Below are positions 8,973 through 18,834 of a stretch of 20,000 nt of DNA, piece after piece (the stretch's first letter is position 1; each line of letters starts with the position of its first letter). Origin of the DNA: Trichomonas gallinae (taxonomy: Eukaryota); assembly GCA_008369845.1 (NCBI GenBank), contig MRSU01010422.1, positions 49,276-69,275 of the forward strand, given 5' to 3'. The notes under the pieces were generated by a model. It made no database searches. It was not told where the DNA came from and saw nothing but the letters and a program-made list of their open reading frames with translations. The position numbers and the translations under genes were made by a program.

Positions 8973-10072
8973 TCACTGCTTTTTTTCTTCTTCTTTTGTA
9001 GATTTAGTTTCCATTATATAGAATTTGAGTAGGTTCTTCATTTGGTGACTTTGTGCAATATCTAAAAGAGACTCATTTCTTCAATGGAAACATTCTTGTG
9101 TTCTATATATAATGTTAGCATTTGCTCCATGATTCAAAAGATATTTTGCCATCTCAACATTATCATTCATAACAGCAAACTTAAGTGCTGAGACAGCCTG
9201 TGTTGTTGTTGAACCTCCACTATAACTCACAACTCTCTTGACATCTGCACCTCGCTCTACCAAAAATTTGATATATTCGAAATTATTCTGCATTGCAGAA
9301 TAAATGAGCAAAGTAAACTGATCTCCCCAGGATTGTTGAATAAAATCAACTTTAAAGCCCAAATCAAAAAGAGCTTTGAAGAAAGATGTAGGATATAAGT
9401 CTAGAAAATTACTATAACATTCACTTTGTTTGCAGTTATAACGGCGAAATCAAGCTTTGGTAATTCATGTACTCGAGTCAGGCACACGAATCAATTTTGG
9501 AGAGTTTAGGATCTTTTTCAATAATCCAATCTAAAATATTATTTCTGTGATTAGATATTGCAACTAATACGTTTCTTTCTGTTGCGAAATTAAGATAACG
9601 ATCCAATATTCGAATAATTTCAAGATTTCCTCCAATGATTGCATTTGCACATAATTTTTCATCGAAGTGGGATAACTTGCCAATAAGAACTTTAAAGCAT
9701 TTGACAGCTCCTTACCGTGCAGCTTCTGCAATGTCATCATCACATAAATCTTTTGTGATTAATGTATCAACATCATTCCATAAAATTGTATTAGGATCGT
9801 TTAAATCAAAATAAGCCAAATAGCAACTATCGAGTTGCAATTGAGTGTACAAAGTGGTAGTTCTTAACATTTGCACTTAGTGATGCTGTGAGCATTGCGT
9901 TAATAAATTCTTTGCTTAAAATATTTTTATGGACATATTCTTTAAGTTTTGCGACAATTGAAAATACATCTTGCCTTCGCATATTGTCTATCCATATCAA
10001 ATCTATTGCTTCTTGATAAGGTTTGAGAGCATCTGGAATCTTTACAGACGAGACTGAAACATATTTCGTCAT
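8973..10072 (-). pseudogene. Disrupted DUF3447-ankyrin gene
   Basis: The ORF fragments 9827-10072 and 9081-9362 join through an unannotated middle frame, IAEAAR*GAVKCFKVL...NAIIGGNLEIIRILD...VAISNHRNNILDWI (DUF3447-like). Stops at 9829-9827 (TAG), 9714-9712 (TAA), 9480-9478 (TGA) and 9083-9081 (TGA), plus at least two frameshifts. An ankyrin-like tail SLLDIAQSHQMKNLLK continues to TGA at 8975-8973. Inr-like TCATT is retained at 10085-10081. Confidence 0.88.
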
Positions 10073-10177
10073 ACTTAAATAATGACAAACAGTTATAACT
10101 GAATCAATTTTTTTTATTTTACCAACAGCTCAAATTTTTGATTTTTTCATTTTACCAACAACGCAATTTTGATTGTT

Positions 10178-10535
10178 ATTGTAAAGCTGGTAAATTTCTT
10201 GTCATAGTTCCTGGAATTGATACCAATTCAGAAAACAAATTCAACAATACAGCTTTGATTTGGGATTCATCAAAAGGTCTTCATAACATTGGAATAAATA
10301 TATATCAACATAAATAGCAAATACACAGAACAGTCTTGATTCAAGCTTCAGAAAGAGGCCACTATGATATTTTCAAGTCATTTCTCACAGTTTCTGGGAT
10401 GGAACAATGATAATGATTTGAGCTTCATTTAAAGGAATTCATTAGTTGTTAAACTCCATCTCATAGTTCATGGATAGATATCAATGCAAAAGACTAAGAC
10501 AACTTTGATTTGAGCTTCAGAAGAATTTAATCATG
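10178..10535 (+). pseudogene. Heavily decayed ankyrin-repeat remnant
   Basis: Fragments in shifting frames: VPGIDTNSENKFNNTALIWDSSKGLHNI, TVLIQASERGHYDIFKSFLTVSG, MI*ASFKG...VVKLHLIVHG.DINAKD*, TTLI*ASEE. These fit an ankyrin unit of the TALIWAS.KGH.EIVKLLL.VPGIDINAKD type. Confidence 0.8.
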
Positions 10536-11292
10536 AGAAAAATCTTGAAAGACGACTGTACAGTCGTAAATTATGAGTTAAGTGTCAAATATAAGCTGTT
10601 TCTGATTGATCTTAAAGCTTCAATTATGTTTTTTCGATTATTTCAAAGATCAAGGAATTTAATCAGTGCTATGACATTCTGTAAAGATTATTTCATTAGA
10701 TTTATATCTAATCGCAATGAAATTAATAGCACTCTTTGAGAGAGATATTCGTCGAATGATGAAGAATGTAATTTTAGCTTGAAATCATAACAAATAATCA
10801 TCATCAACAAATGTAATATATAGCATTGACCGCATAATGTGAATAAACCCAATAAAAAAATTTCCACATTCAAAATAATGATAGTTGAGCGTATTTCATA
10901 ATACTAATATGCTCGACAATATCTATACATCATGTATTTACATTTTAAATGAAATAAATTGATCAATTTATATAAAGTTGACGGACGATTATTTTTGATT
11001 CAAACCATAACAATATTTTTAAACCTTATAAATATTCATTTTATTAAAGTTCGAAGAATTAATGCGCCTGTGAAAACCTCCATAATTGAGAGAATACGAT
11101 TATTTTTAATTCAAAAATCAAATGTTTTAAATTATATGAACCACATTTATAGTAATTTCACATTTTATCAAACGAAAAAGTCCATTTTCAGAAATTCACT
11201 TCACATTTATGTTTTAACTAGTTTCCATATATATTTATATGTTTTAAATGTAGAAACCTTCGAATTTTGAGATTTTTAAAATCATTTATATA

Positions 11293-12351
11293 ATGTCGGA
11301 GACATTCACACCTTATTCCGAGCTCCCGCATCTTCTTGACAAGGCCATAGCCAAGGATAGCAAAATATGCGATGAACTGAAGAAGTATATCATCGAATAC
11401 GCTGATGATTACACATCATTGAAAGAAAAAATTTCGAAATTGGCTTTCGATCCTCTTGTATTCCGCGATAAGGATAACCAGCCGGATCCTAAGGAATTCC
11501 ACTCCGAACTTTTCAAAGAATTTCCTAATGTTGCCGTAAAATGTTTGCTTCAAGTTTCATCATATGAGTACGCAGCTCATCAAATCAAGAAATACGCTAA
11601 TAAAAAACTCGGATCATATCATGAGGATTACGCACGTAGAGCAGGGAATATCAAGAAATCATTCCAAACAGAATTGGAAAATTACGAAAAAGCAAAAAAG
11701 GCAAACGAAGATGCTAGAAATGCATTTAACGTTGCCGGATGCGCACTCCGCGATGCGGAATCTAAAGGTGTTAAGGATTTAGCGAAATTGAAGCAAGATT
11801 TCCTCAGCGCAAGAAAGAATGCAATTTCTGTGAATCAAAAATCAATGACAAAAGCTGAAGCATGCACACAAAACATGGAATCTCTCCTTACTCAAATCGA
11901 AGAGCTTGAACTTTGGAGAAGCGATGAACTCAAGTCGATTCTCCTCGATTTCGCTTCAATGCTTGAAAATGTTGCACACCACTTTGTCAATACATCATCT
12001 GATATGAGCGAAACTGTCATGGAGTTGCCAATAGAAAATGATTCCGTGATAATCGCCGATTTCTCGAAAATCAGACCAGCACAATCCGATGATTCTTACC
12101 AAGCATGGTCTGTTCATACACTTACATCCAAATTCTTACCGAAAGATCAATTATATCCAAAAGATGTTGCAAAAGGTGACGTACAGCTCTTTACAGTTAC
12201 AGAGGACTACAATGGACCGGCAGGATTCCTCGCTTGCCACGGTGGCGAAATTGTTTGCGGTCTCAAAATGGAAGGTGAAGATTACACATGCAAGAACATT
12301 AATGAAAGCGTCGGCTTAATTCCAAAGAATATTCTCAAGCCATATGAGTGA
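11293..12351 (+). CDS. BAR/F-BAR-like coiled-coil protein with C-terminal SH3-like domain
   Basis: 352-aa ORF. A long helical/coiled-coil region (ELENYEKAKKANEDARNAF...IEELELWRSDELKSILLDF) is followed by SH3-like FTVTEDYNG...LACHGGEIV...VGLIPKNILKP. Inr-like TCATT at 11282. Confidence 0.7.
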   Translation: MSETFTPYSELPHLLDKAIAKDSKICDELKKYIIEYADDYTSLKEKISKLAFDPLVFRDKDNQPDPKEFHSELFKEFPNVAVKCLLQVSSYEYAAHQIKKYANKKLGSYHEDYARRAGNIKKSFQTELENYEKAKKANEDARNAFNVAGCALRDAESKGVKDLAKLKQDFLSARKNAISVNQKSMTKAEACTQNMESLLTQIEELELWRSDELKSILLDFASMLENVAHHFVNTSSDMSETVMELPIENDSVIIADFSKIRPAQSDDSYQAWSVHTLTSKFLPKDQLYPKDVAKGDVQLFTVTEDYNGPAGFLACHGGEIVCGLKMEGEDYTCKNINESVGLIPKNILKPYE

Positions 12352-12691
12352 GATATTTCTAATTTTTGTGTAGAAAATTTATTTTTGTTTCATTTTTTTA
12401 TTTTACTTCAATCTAAAGCAATATTTTTATAGCGTAATACCAACTTATCATACTCCTCGCTACAAATCATCACATCACAATTTTATATTTTATTCAAATC
12501 ATTTCATTGAGATTTTGAAACTTTTTGATTTGAAATAAAGTTTGATGGTTCGAAATAACGAAAATTTTCAATTATTTTTGATAAATTATTAAAAATTCAA
12601 TTATAATTTTAATGATTTATAATATATATATTAAAAACTCCAAAATATAACACAATAGATTTTAATTTATAACAAATCAAAAGTAATATGG

Positions 12692-15205
12692 TTAATTCCA
12701 TATATCCTCATCTTCTAAATCTTCATCCTTTGATACTTTAGCAATTGTTGGCTTTGTCGACTGCTTTGGAGCTGGTTTTGCGGCAGGCTTTGCTGCTGGT
12801 TTTGGGGCAGCTTTTGATGGCTTCTCATCTTCATCCCAATCTGGCCATTCTTCATCATCGTCATCGACTTGTATCTGTGGCTTTTCTGCCTGCTTTGAAG
12901 CCCTCTTCACTGCCTTTATAGGTTTCTTTGTATTCTGATCATATAAGTTTCCCCAGTCATCTCCTTCGTCATCATCAGCTTTCTTCGATAAAACCTTTGG
13001 CTGCGGTTTCGGCTTAGTAACAACCTTCGGCTGTTCTGGCTTCTTCTTCTCAGGTACTGGAGTGTTATCAATATCATCCCATCCGTCTTCATCATCGTTG
13101 TCATCCTTGACGATTTCTGGCTTGCGAGCAACAGGTTTGGCGTCAGGCTTTGGTGGATTTTGTTTAACTGCTTTTGCATCTTTCCATTCTTCGTCTTTAT
13201 CAATATCATCCCATCCGTCATCTTCATTGTTATTAACAACTTTTGGTGTTGGCTTAGGCTTGGCGACAGACTTCGATAAAACTTTTGGCTTCGATTTTTC
13301 TTTCTTTCCAATTTGCTGCGGTTTTTGCGGTGGAATAATTGCATCATCATCCAAATCTCCCCATCCTTCATCATCGTCGTCAATCGGCTCAGCCTTCGGC
13401 GCAGGTTTTGAAACTGGCTTCGTGGTGACTTTTTGTAATTGTGGCTGTGGCTTTGGTGGTGTTTTAACATTTTCGACGCCATTATCATCTTCCAAGTCAT
13501 CCCAGCCGTTTTCATCATCATCGACTTCGACCTGCGGCTTCGGCTTTTTAATGACTGTTTTAGGCTTAGTTTTGCTTGGATTTGCTCCTGGTAATGATTT
13601 GTCTGGATCATTCCATCCGCCTTTTTCGAACATCTGGAGCTTGGCCGACGGCTTCTCTTTGACTGGCGCCGGTTTTTGGTGGAGCTGCGGCTGCTCTGAT
13701 TCAATTATCTTGTCCTTGACAGGGGCCATCAGTCCATTGAGGATTACTTCCATCAGTTTGAGGGCCGGAATCCTAACCTCCAAGTCAGCGTCGCACAAAA
13801 GCGGGCCGAGCGATGGAATTAATATCTGACAGACTAAGTCTGAGTCGAATTTCTGAAGCAAGCTCTTCATCGCTGCAACGGCGGCCTTCCTAGCTGGCGC
13901 GAATCCATCGCGTGCAGACTTAGCGAAAGCGGCAGCCAAGAATCTAGGCTTGTCAATGTGATCAGCAATTTTTGCCAAGCAGATGACAGAGTTCGTTCTT
14001 GCTTGAGGATCATTGCATTCTTGGAGCCTGTCTAATTGTCTCATTAGAGCAGCGAGGTTGTCCTGATTGAGTTTAGAAGCCAGAGGGACCATGGCGATGA
14101 TTGTTTGCTGTCTTATTGTCGGGTCGTTCATTCCTGGGAAAATTTCCTTGAAAATAATATCATTGGCGATTGACTGGTCGACTTCCGGAACTATTCTCGG
14201 CATCTGATTCAGAAGCTCTGCTCTTAGGGAAGGATTTTTGATGGAGAACAGTTCGATGACTTTGGGGATGACTTTAGCTGTAAAGTCTGCTGTCTCCATC
14301 GATTTGGAGAGAACAAATATCGGTTGCAGGATGGATGGTGTTGGCGAAAATGAAAGTGCTTTGAGGAGCTCGGGGATTATTGTCTCGCATTGCATCTGTG
14401 ATGAGAAGATGTCCGCGTAGTCTATTAAGTCTTTAAAGAAAACTTCGCGCTGAAGATTATCTTTTAATGGTAATTCTTTGAGGAAAGTGAGCATTTGTGA
14501 GAATTTGTCGGCATTCCAGATATCAAGATTCAGTAAAACGGATGGATCTGGTAAATCTTTAGAGATTTTTGTCCAATTCTTTCCAACTTGAACAATTGGA
14601 CGGGCAAGTGACTCTGACCAGTTCTTAATATACTCAGAAAGCATGAGTACATCTGTTGCGTAGAGAGGAAATTCGTCTAAATTGTGATTCATTTTCGAAT
14701 ATTCTCTCCATTGAGACTTAAAATTAAATAAAGGTCCATAATTCATGTTGCTGACCCACTCTAGTCCACCAATGCGTATTTCGTGTCCAGGAGTCATAAA
14801 TAACGAAGAATCGTAGAGATTTCCGTAAATTGCAGTTGCATTCGATGACATGAAGGCGATGAACTCTGTTAGAGAACGAATCGCCCACTGTTTCTCGTTA
14901 TCAGAGAGCTCTGACTCAACAAAAGGTAGAACTTTCTCCGTTACGACGTATGTTGTATTATTATCTTCATATGAGTCGAGATAAGGGACAACTGACGGAT
15001 GCCTGAGGACTTTCCACTGCTTCAATAAGTTCGCTTTGAGATCAGCGACATAATTTGACGAGTCGTTTGATAATTCGAAAATCGAAACTTCATAATTGTC
15101 TGCGGCACGAAATCCGTTGTACATAACTATCTTTAGCATGCTGTTGATCTCTTTTACTTTATCTTTAATAACATATGGAGTTGCTTTCTTCTTAAAAAAC
15201 CACAT
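12692..15205 (-). CDS. SCY1-like (SCYL1/Cex1 family) pseudokinase with HEAT repeats and a long low-complexity tail
   Basis: 837-aa ORF. N-terminus MWFF as in SCYL1; kinase-like KVLRHPSVVPYLDSYE...YVVTEKVLP with degenerate catalytic motifs (IYGNL, IGGLE); family-type HEAT motifs RTNSVICLAKIA, RDGFAPARKAAV, ILIPSLGPLLCDADLEVR; Lys/Pro and acidic-Trp tail. Confidence 0.9.
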   Translation of the reverse strand: MWFFKKKATPYVIKDKVKEINSMLKIVMYNGFRAADNYEVSIFELSNDSSNYVADLKANLLKQWKVLRHPSVVPYLDSYEDNNTTYVVTEKVLPFVESELSDNEKQWAIRSLTEFIAFMSSNATAIYGNLYDSSLFMTPGHEIRIGGLEWVSNMNYGPLFNFKSQWREYSKMNHNLDEFPLYATDVLMLSEYIKNWSESLARPIVQVGKNWTKISKDLPDPSVLLNLDIWNADKFSQMLTFLKELPLKDNLQREVFFKDLIDYADIFSSQMQCETIIPELLKALSFSPTPSILQPIFVLSKSMETADFTAKVIPKVIELFSIKNPSLRAELLNQMPRIVPEVDQSIANDIIFKEIFPGMNDPTIRQQTIIAMVPLASKLNQDNLAALMRQLDRLQECNDPQARTNSVICLAKIADHIDKPRFLAAAFAKSARDGFAPARKAAVAAMKSLLQKFDSDLVCQILIPSLGPLLCDADLEVRIPALKLMEVILNGLMAPVKDKIIESEQPQLHQKPAPVKEKPSAKLQMFEKGGWNDPDKSLPGANPSKTKPKTVIKKPKPQVEVDDDENGWDDLEDDNGVENVKTPPKPQPQLQKVTTKPVSKPAPKAEPIDDDDEGWGDLDDDAIIPPQKPQQIGKKEKSKPKVLSKSVAKPKPTPKVVNNNEDDGWDDIDKDEEWKDAKAVKQNPPKPDAKPVARKPEIVKDDNDDEDGWDDIDNTPVPEKKKPEQPKVVTKPKPQPKVLSKKADDDEGDDWGNLYDQNTKKPIKAVKRASKQAEKPQIQVDDDDEEWPDWDEDEKPSKAAPKPAAKPAAKPAPKQSTKPTIAKVSKDEDLEDEDIWN

Positions 15206-15240
15206 CTAAAGAATTTGACAAAATCTGAACGATAAAGACT

Positions 15241-15394
15241 TGTCACTTTTATTTCATTTCTCACTTTTAAATCGATTGTCACTTTTATATTAATTGGCAC
15301 TTTTATGTTGGTTTGTACTTTTTAACCATTTGTCACTTGTAAATCAATTGTCACTTTTACATCATTGATGATTTATTCTTCAGTTGTCATTTTA
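15241..15394. repeat. 18-bp-phased array of TGTCACTTTT (AAAAGTGACA) promoter-like motif
   Basis: Cores at 15241 TGTCACTTTT, 15259 TCTCACTTTT, 15277 TGTCACTTTT, 15295 TGGCACTTTT, 15313 TTGTACTTTT, 15331 TGTCACTTGT, 15349 TGTCACTTTT, and an in-phase TGTCATTTTA at 15385. The 8-bp spacers vary. Confidence 0.88.
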
Positions 15395-15823
15395 GAATTT
15401 TTGGTTTGTTATGAACTTGACTTGATTTAAGCCAATAAGACAGCAACATAGTTTTGGCTAGAAGGTATTTGAATACGCTATAGCATGTTGTATATTGCTT
15501 ATATCTATTACAATATAAAGCGAATTATAGGAATCTAGTTTTTTAAAAAACAAAATCTGACATGTAAAAAGTATATTTTGGCAAGTAAAGCATCAAAAAT
15601 TTAAGATATTTTTCTTTTTTTGGAGATGTTTAGCTGCATATACAATTGCTCTGATGTTAATATAACGTTATGGATCAATTTTATAGATTGAAGTGCTTTA
15701 ATAATTGCGATAAAGGGGAAATGATGATGTCACACATATAATCTGGCACAAGCAAATGATGGTGTTACTAATTGTGCAAATAAAATCTTTTAAATCAAGC
15801 TAGAAAAAGGAGAAAAAGAAAGT

Positions 15824-15850
15824 TGTGACTTTTTGGATTTTGTCACTTTT
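15824..15850 (+). promoter_or_regulatory. Inr-like core promoter element of the importin-beta-like gene
   Basis: TGTCACTTTT at 15841-15850 (contains TCACT) ends 14 nt before ATG 15865. A variant TGTGACTTTT lies at 15824-15833. Confidence 0.6.
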
Positions 15851-15864
15851 ACAAGATTTTAGCT

Positions 15865-18834
15865 ATGATTGAAGAAATTGCGAATTTACTTTCATTGTCG
15901 AAATCGTCAAATCTTTCGCCCGAAGAAAGACTGCATAACACTAAATCACTATCTTTTATGTATGAAAATCCAGAAGTTACTTTCACAATCCTCGAAATTT
16001 TAGCAAATTCACAATTCGAGCAAGTTCATGACTCTGCTGCAATTGCACTAGATAAATGCATCAAAAACAACTATGAGCAGCACTATTTAGGCAATGATCA
16101 CTCGATTCAAATCAAAACACAATTACCTCTACTCATTCATGCGTGTACACACAAACAAATTGCTCGACTACTTTGTTACGATGTCTCTATTGTTCTTAAA
16201 ATTGATCCAAGCGATTGGCCTGATTTAATCAATTTAATACAGATCTTAAATCAAGCACAAAATCTCGATATTCTTACAACATTACTTTCTTATATTGCTG
16301 AAGCTGTTGTACCAGCAAATTTAGAACAATATGTTCAATATTTTATTGATACTGCCAAAATGTGCATGGATAAAGCAGATTTGCAGTTATTTGATTCGAT
16401 TATTCCTGTTTTCCCACCGATTTTTGAAGCTTTCAATGAAATGGGACAAGGTATTGAAAATATTGCTCCAATATTTTTGCAAGTGTTTGATTTCTTTGTG
16501 AAATCACTCAACCAAACACAATACTACTGCAGATATGCAGCAAGTGCAATTGCTCGCAGCTTTAATAAAGGGAATTTAGTTGAAATTTCACATGATTGCT
16601 TTGCAGAATTAATAAATTGTGTCAGCCAAGACAATTTCTCTCCAGCAAACTACACAATGGTCTTCATGATCCTCGAAGCCATCCTCGGTCCAAGCAACGG
16701 AACACTTGAAGACTTGCTCGAAACATATCTACAGGCAACAATTGTTTGCGCTGCAAAAAGTATCGATGTAGATGATGCTAAATTCATTATGATAACAATT
16801 GAAGCTGCTTCCAGTGCATATCCAGACGTTTTCTTCGATCAGCTGTTTTCTGTTTGCTCTTCAAACAATGATGAATCATTCGTCATTCCATGTGCTATGG
16901 CTCTTGCATTCTCAATCGAATCAAACGCCAGTTCTGTTATGCTGAGAATCGAAGAAGTCTTGCAGCTTATTAATTCCTATGCAACAATTGCCAACGAGCG
17001 TGTTGTTTACTATGCAGTTCTCGCCTGCCAAGAACTTGCAAATCAGCTGACTTTAGAACAATCTGAGCACGCATTCAGCACAGCGAACATTATCCTGCAG
17101 ACAATGAACACGGAAAGCATGGATAATACCATAATGGGTCTTGCAGCGCTCTCAGCCTGCTTCCACGTTGCTACTCTTCCAGATTCAATTTTCGGACCAG
17201 TTCTACAGCTTGTTGTTCCAATGCTGGAGTCGGGAACAAAAGAAATAGCACATCCAGCAATCCACTGCATCACAATGCTTATATTTTCAGCAAGAGAATC
17301 AATCGTCGCATTTGCCGGCGATTTAGCGCCAATTATAACAAACGGATGCAACATAAGCGAAGAAGAAGACCCTATTCTCAAAGCAGAATGCATGGAAGCC
17401 ATGGCTCTGATGATCAGATTTTGCCCAGATGTTTTAGGCGAAAACGCGCAATGGCTGTTAGACATAATGCTCAGGATCGGCCATACAAATGATGACTACC
17501 TTAGAAACAGCATTGCTATTTGTTTTGGAAATCTCGTCGAATGCCAGTGTCCATATCTACTCCAAGTCGCTCAACAAGTACACGAATTCATAGATTTCTG
17601 CTTCCAAGTCGAAGTAGAGTCACCAGACCCAGAGAACGAGAGCGAGACAACAATCAGAGAGTCTGCAGTTGAATGCCTCTGCACAGCCCTCAAACTGATC
17701 AGAACTATCTATAGGAAGATGCCTGATTTATGCCCAGAGAATCACCAGAGGTGGACAGTCGGAGCTTTAATATTAAGCACAGACGCTTCTTCTGATGTAT
17801 TAACTTACCCAGCTATGGCTGTTGTCGCTGAGATTGTCTACAGAACTAAAGACGAAAGTCTCGGGCAAGAATTAGCTCAAAACTTGCAGCAAATGTTAGG
17901 CGGACAAAATCCGCTTGCTGCTGCAGCTGCTTTCTACTGTTTGAAGATATTGACTAAGTACAAGTTGCAGTTCATTGAGCCATTCATGCAGTTCGGTTTA
18001 GAATATGCGAGACAAGCAGTTACAAATAGTTTAGAATCGCAAAGAAATCATTTCGAAGAAGAGGAAGAATTTTTCGGAATGGAAGATGATGTCATAAGTT
18101 ATCCTCTGTATAAATATCTTGCTGCCACTGTCAGGAATTTCCCTCAATACATGGATGTGCAGACATTCCTCAACGCTGCTATCAAAGCTGCCTCTAAAAT
18201 TGAAGGTCTTGAGAAGCAGTTTGTCATCATTTTCCTTCATGCTGTCTATGAATCAATAACTGACATTCCTATCATTTTCAAGAAGAATTTGATCGAAGTT
18301 GTCGTCGCATCAATACAGGACATAGACTTCTCATTCTATCCTGAATGCTTGCATGCTGCAATGTCCATTTTCCAGAGAGAACCATTGAAGATTGACATCT
18401 CAAGATTTTCTGACAAAATTATTGAAACATTTGAGATGGAACCTGGTGTCGGCAGATACTACTGGCCGACGTGCTGGATATTCACGGCCTTAGTTTGCGG
18501 AATGATGGATAAATCGGAAGGATTTGATTTCGCGACATGGGTTCCTGCAATAATGTCAAGACTTCAGCTCAAAGCCGTCAAAACTTATGCGGATTTTATT
18601 TATTCTCATGTCTTAAGAATGATGCAGATGGACGTTTGTGAACAAAGCCAATTCTTTGTCGCATATGCAAAAGTTCTTTCATTGACGGATTCTGCTCTGC
18701 AGGAGTTGAATTTAAGCAGTGAAACATTATCCGGAATTTCCAACTTTGCAAAATCTGTTGTATCATCATTTAATTTATACGAAATACTCCAATCTGAACA
18801 AGAAATAGAGAGGTTTATGAATAGAATTAATTAA
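15865..18834 (+). CDS. Importin-beta/karyopherin-like HEAT-repeat protein (divergent, possibly importin-4/5-like)
   Basis: 989-aa acidic all-helical ORF with IBN_N-like VHDSAAIALDKCIKNNY, WPDLINLI, and HEAT-like ERVVYYAVLACQELA and LKAECMEAMALM, plus acidic loops. The size is typical of karyopherins. Confidence 0.7.
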   Translation: MIEEIANLLSLSKSSNLSPEERLHNTKSLSFMYENPEVTFTILEILANSQFEQVHDSAAIALDKCIKNNYEQHYLGNDHSIQIKTQLPLLIHACTHKQIARLLCYDVSIVLKIDPSDWPDLINLIQILNQAQNLDILTTLLSYIAEAVVPANLEQYVQYFIDTAKMCMDKADLQLFDSIIPVFPPIFEAFNEMGQGIENIAPIFLQVFDFFVKSLNQTQYYCRYAASAIARSFNKGNLVEISHDCFAELINCVSQDNFSPANYTMVFMILEAILGPSNGTLEDLLETYLQATIVCAAKSIDVDDAKFIMITIEAASSAYPDVFFDQLFSVCSSNNDESFVIPCAMALAFSIESNASSVMLRIEEVLQLINSYATIANERVVYYAVLACQELANQLTLEQSEHAFSTANIILQTMNTESMDNTIMGLAALSACFHVATLPDSIFGPVLQLVVPMLESGTKEIAHPAIHCITMLIFSARESIVAFAGDLAPIITNGCNISEEEDPILKAECMEAMALMIRFCPDVLGENAQWLLDIMLRIGHTNDDYLRNSIAICFGNLVECQCPYLLQVAQQVHEFIDFCFQVEVESPDPENESETTIRESAVECLCTALKLIRTIYRKMPDLCPENHQRWTVGALILSTDASSDVLTYPAMAVVAEIVYRTKDESLGQELAQNLQQMLGGQNPLAAAAAFYCLKILTKYKLQFIEPFMQFGLEYARQAVTNSLESQRNHFEEEEEFFGMEDDVISYPLYKYLAATVRNFPQYMDVQTFLNAAIKAASKIEGLEKQFVIIFLHAVYESITDIPIIFKKNLIEVVVASIQDIDFSFYPECLHAAMSIFQREPLKIDISRFSDKIIETFEMEPGVGRYYWPTCWIFTALVCGMMDKSEGFDFATWVPAIMSRLQLKAVKTYADFIYSHVLRMMQMDVCEQSQFFVAYAKVLSLTDSALQELNLSSETLSGISNFAKSVVSSFNLYEILQSEQEIERFMNRIN

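Noticed and set aside
8973..10535. Possible stop-codon reassignment (TGA=Trp) or readthrough explaining in-frame stops
   Set aside because: All three stop types and frameshifts occur in these remnants, the intact gene 11293-12351 ends in TGA, and intact genes use TGG for Trp. Ordinary pseudogenisation is sufficient.
10533..11270. Short ORFs 10533-10739, 10688-10873 and 10959-11270
   Set aside because: AT-rich I/F/N/K-biased translations typical of intergenic DNA; two start at non-ATG codons.
12916..13829. Long alternative ORFs 12916-13704 (-) and 13062-13829 (+)
   Set aside because: Off-frame and antisense shadows of the low-complexity SCYL1-like tail, with no independent domain signal.
15241..15394. 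CRISPR-like interpretation of the repeat-spacer arrays here and at 6748-6895
   Set aside because: The repeats and spacers are far too short and degenerate, the context is eukaryotic, and there are no cas genes.
15640..15730. Possible third ankyrin remnant (SDVNIT...D*SALIIAIKG) and a box-C-like ATGATGA at 15721
   Set aside because: A single short fragment is too weak to call, and I saw no matching box D (CTGA) at a suitable distance for a snoRNA.
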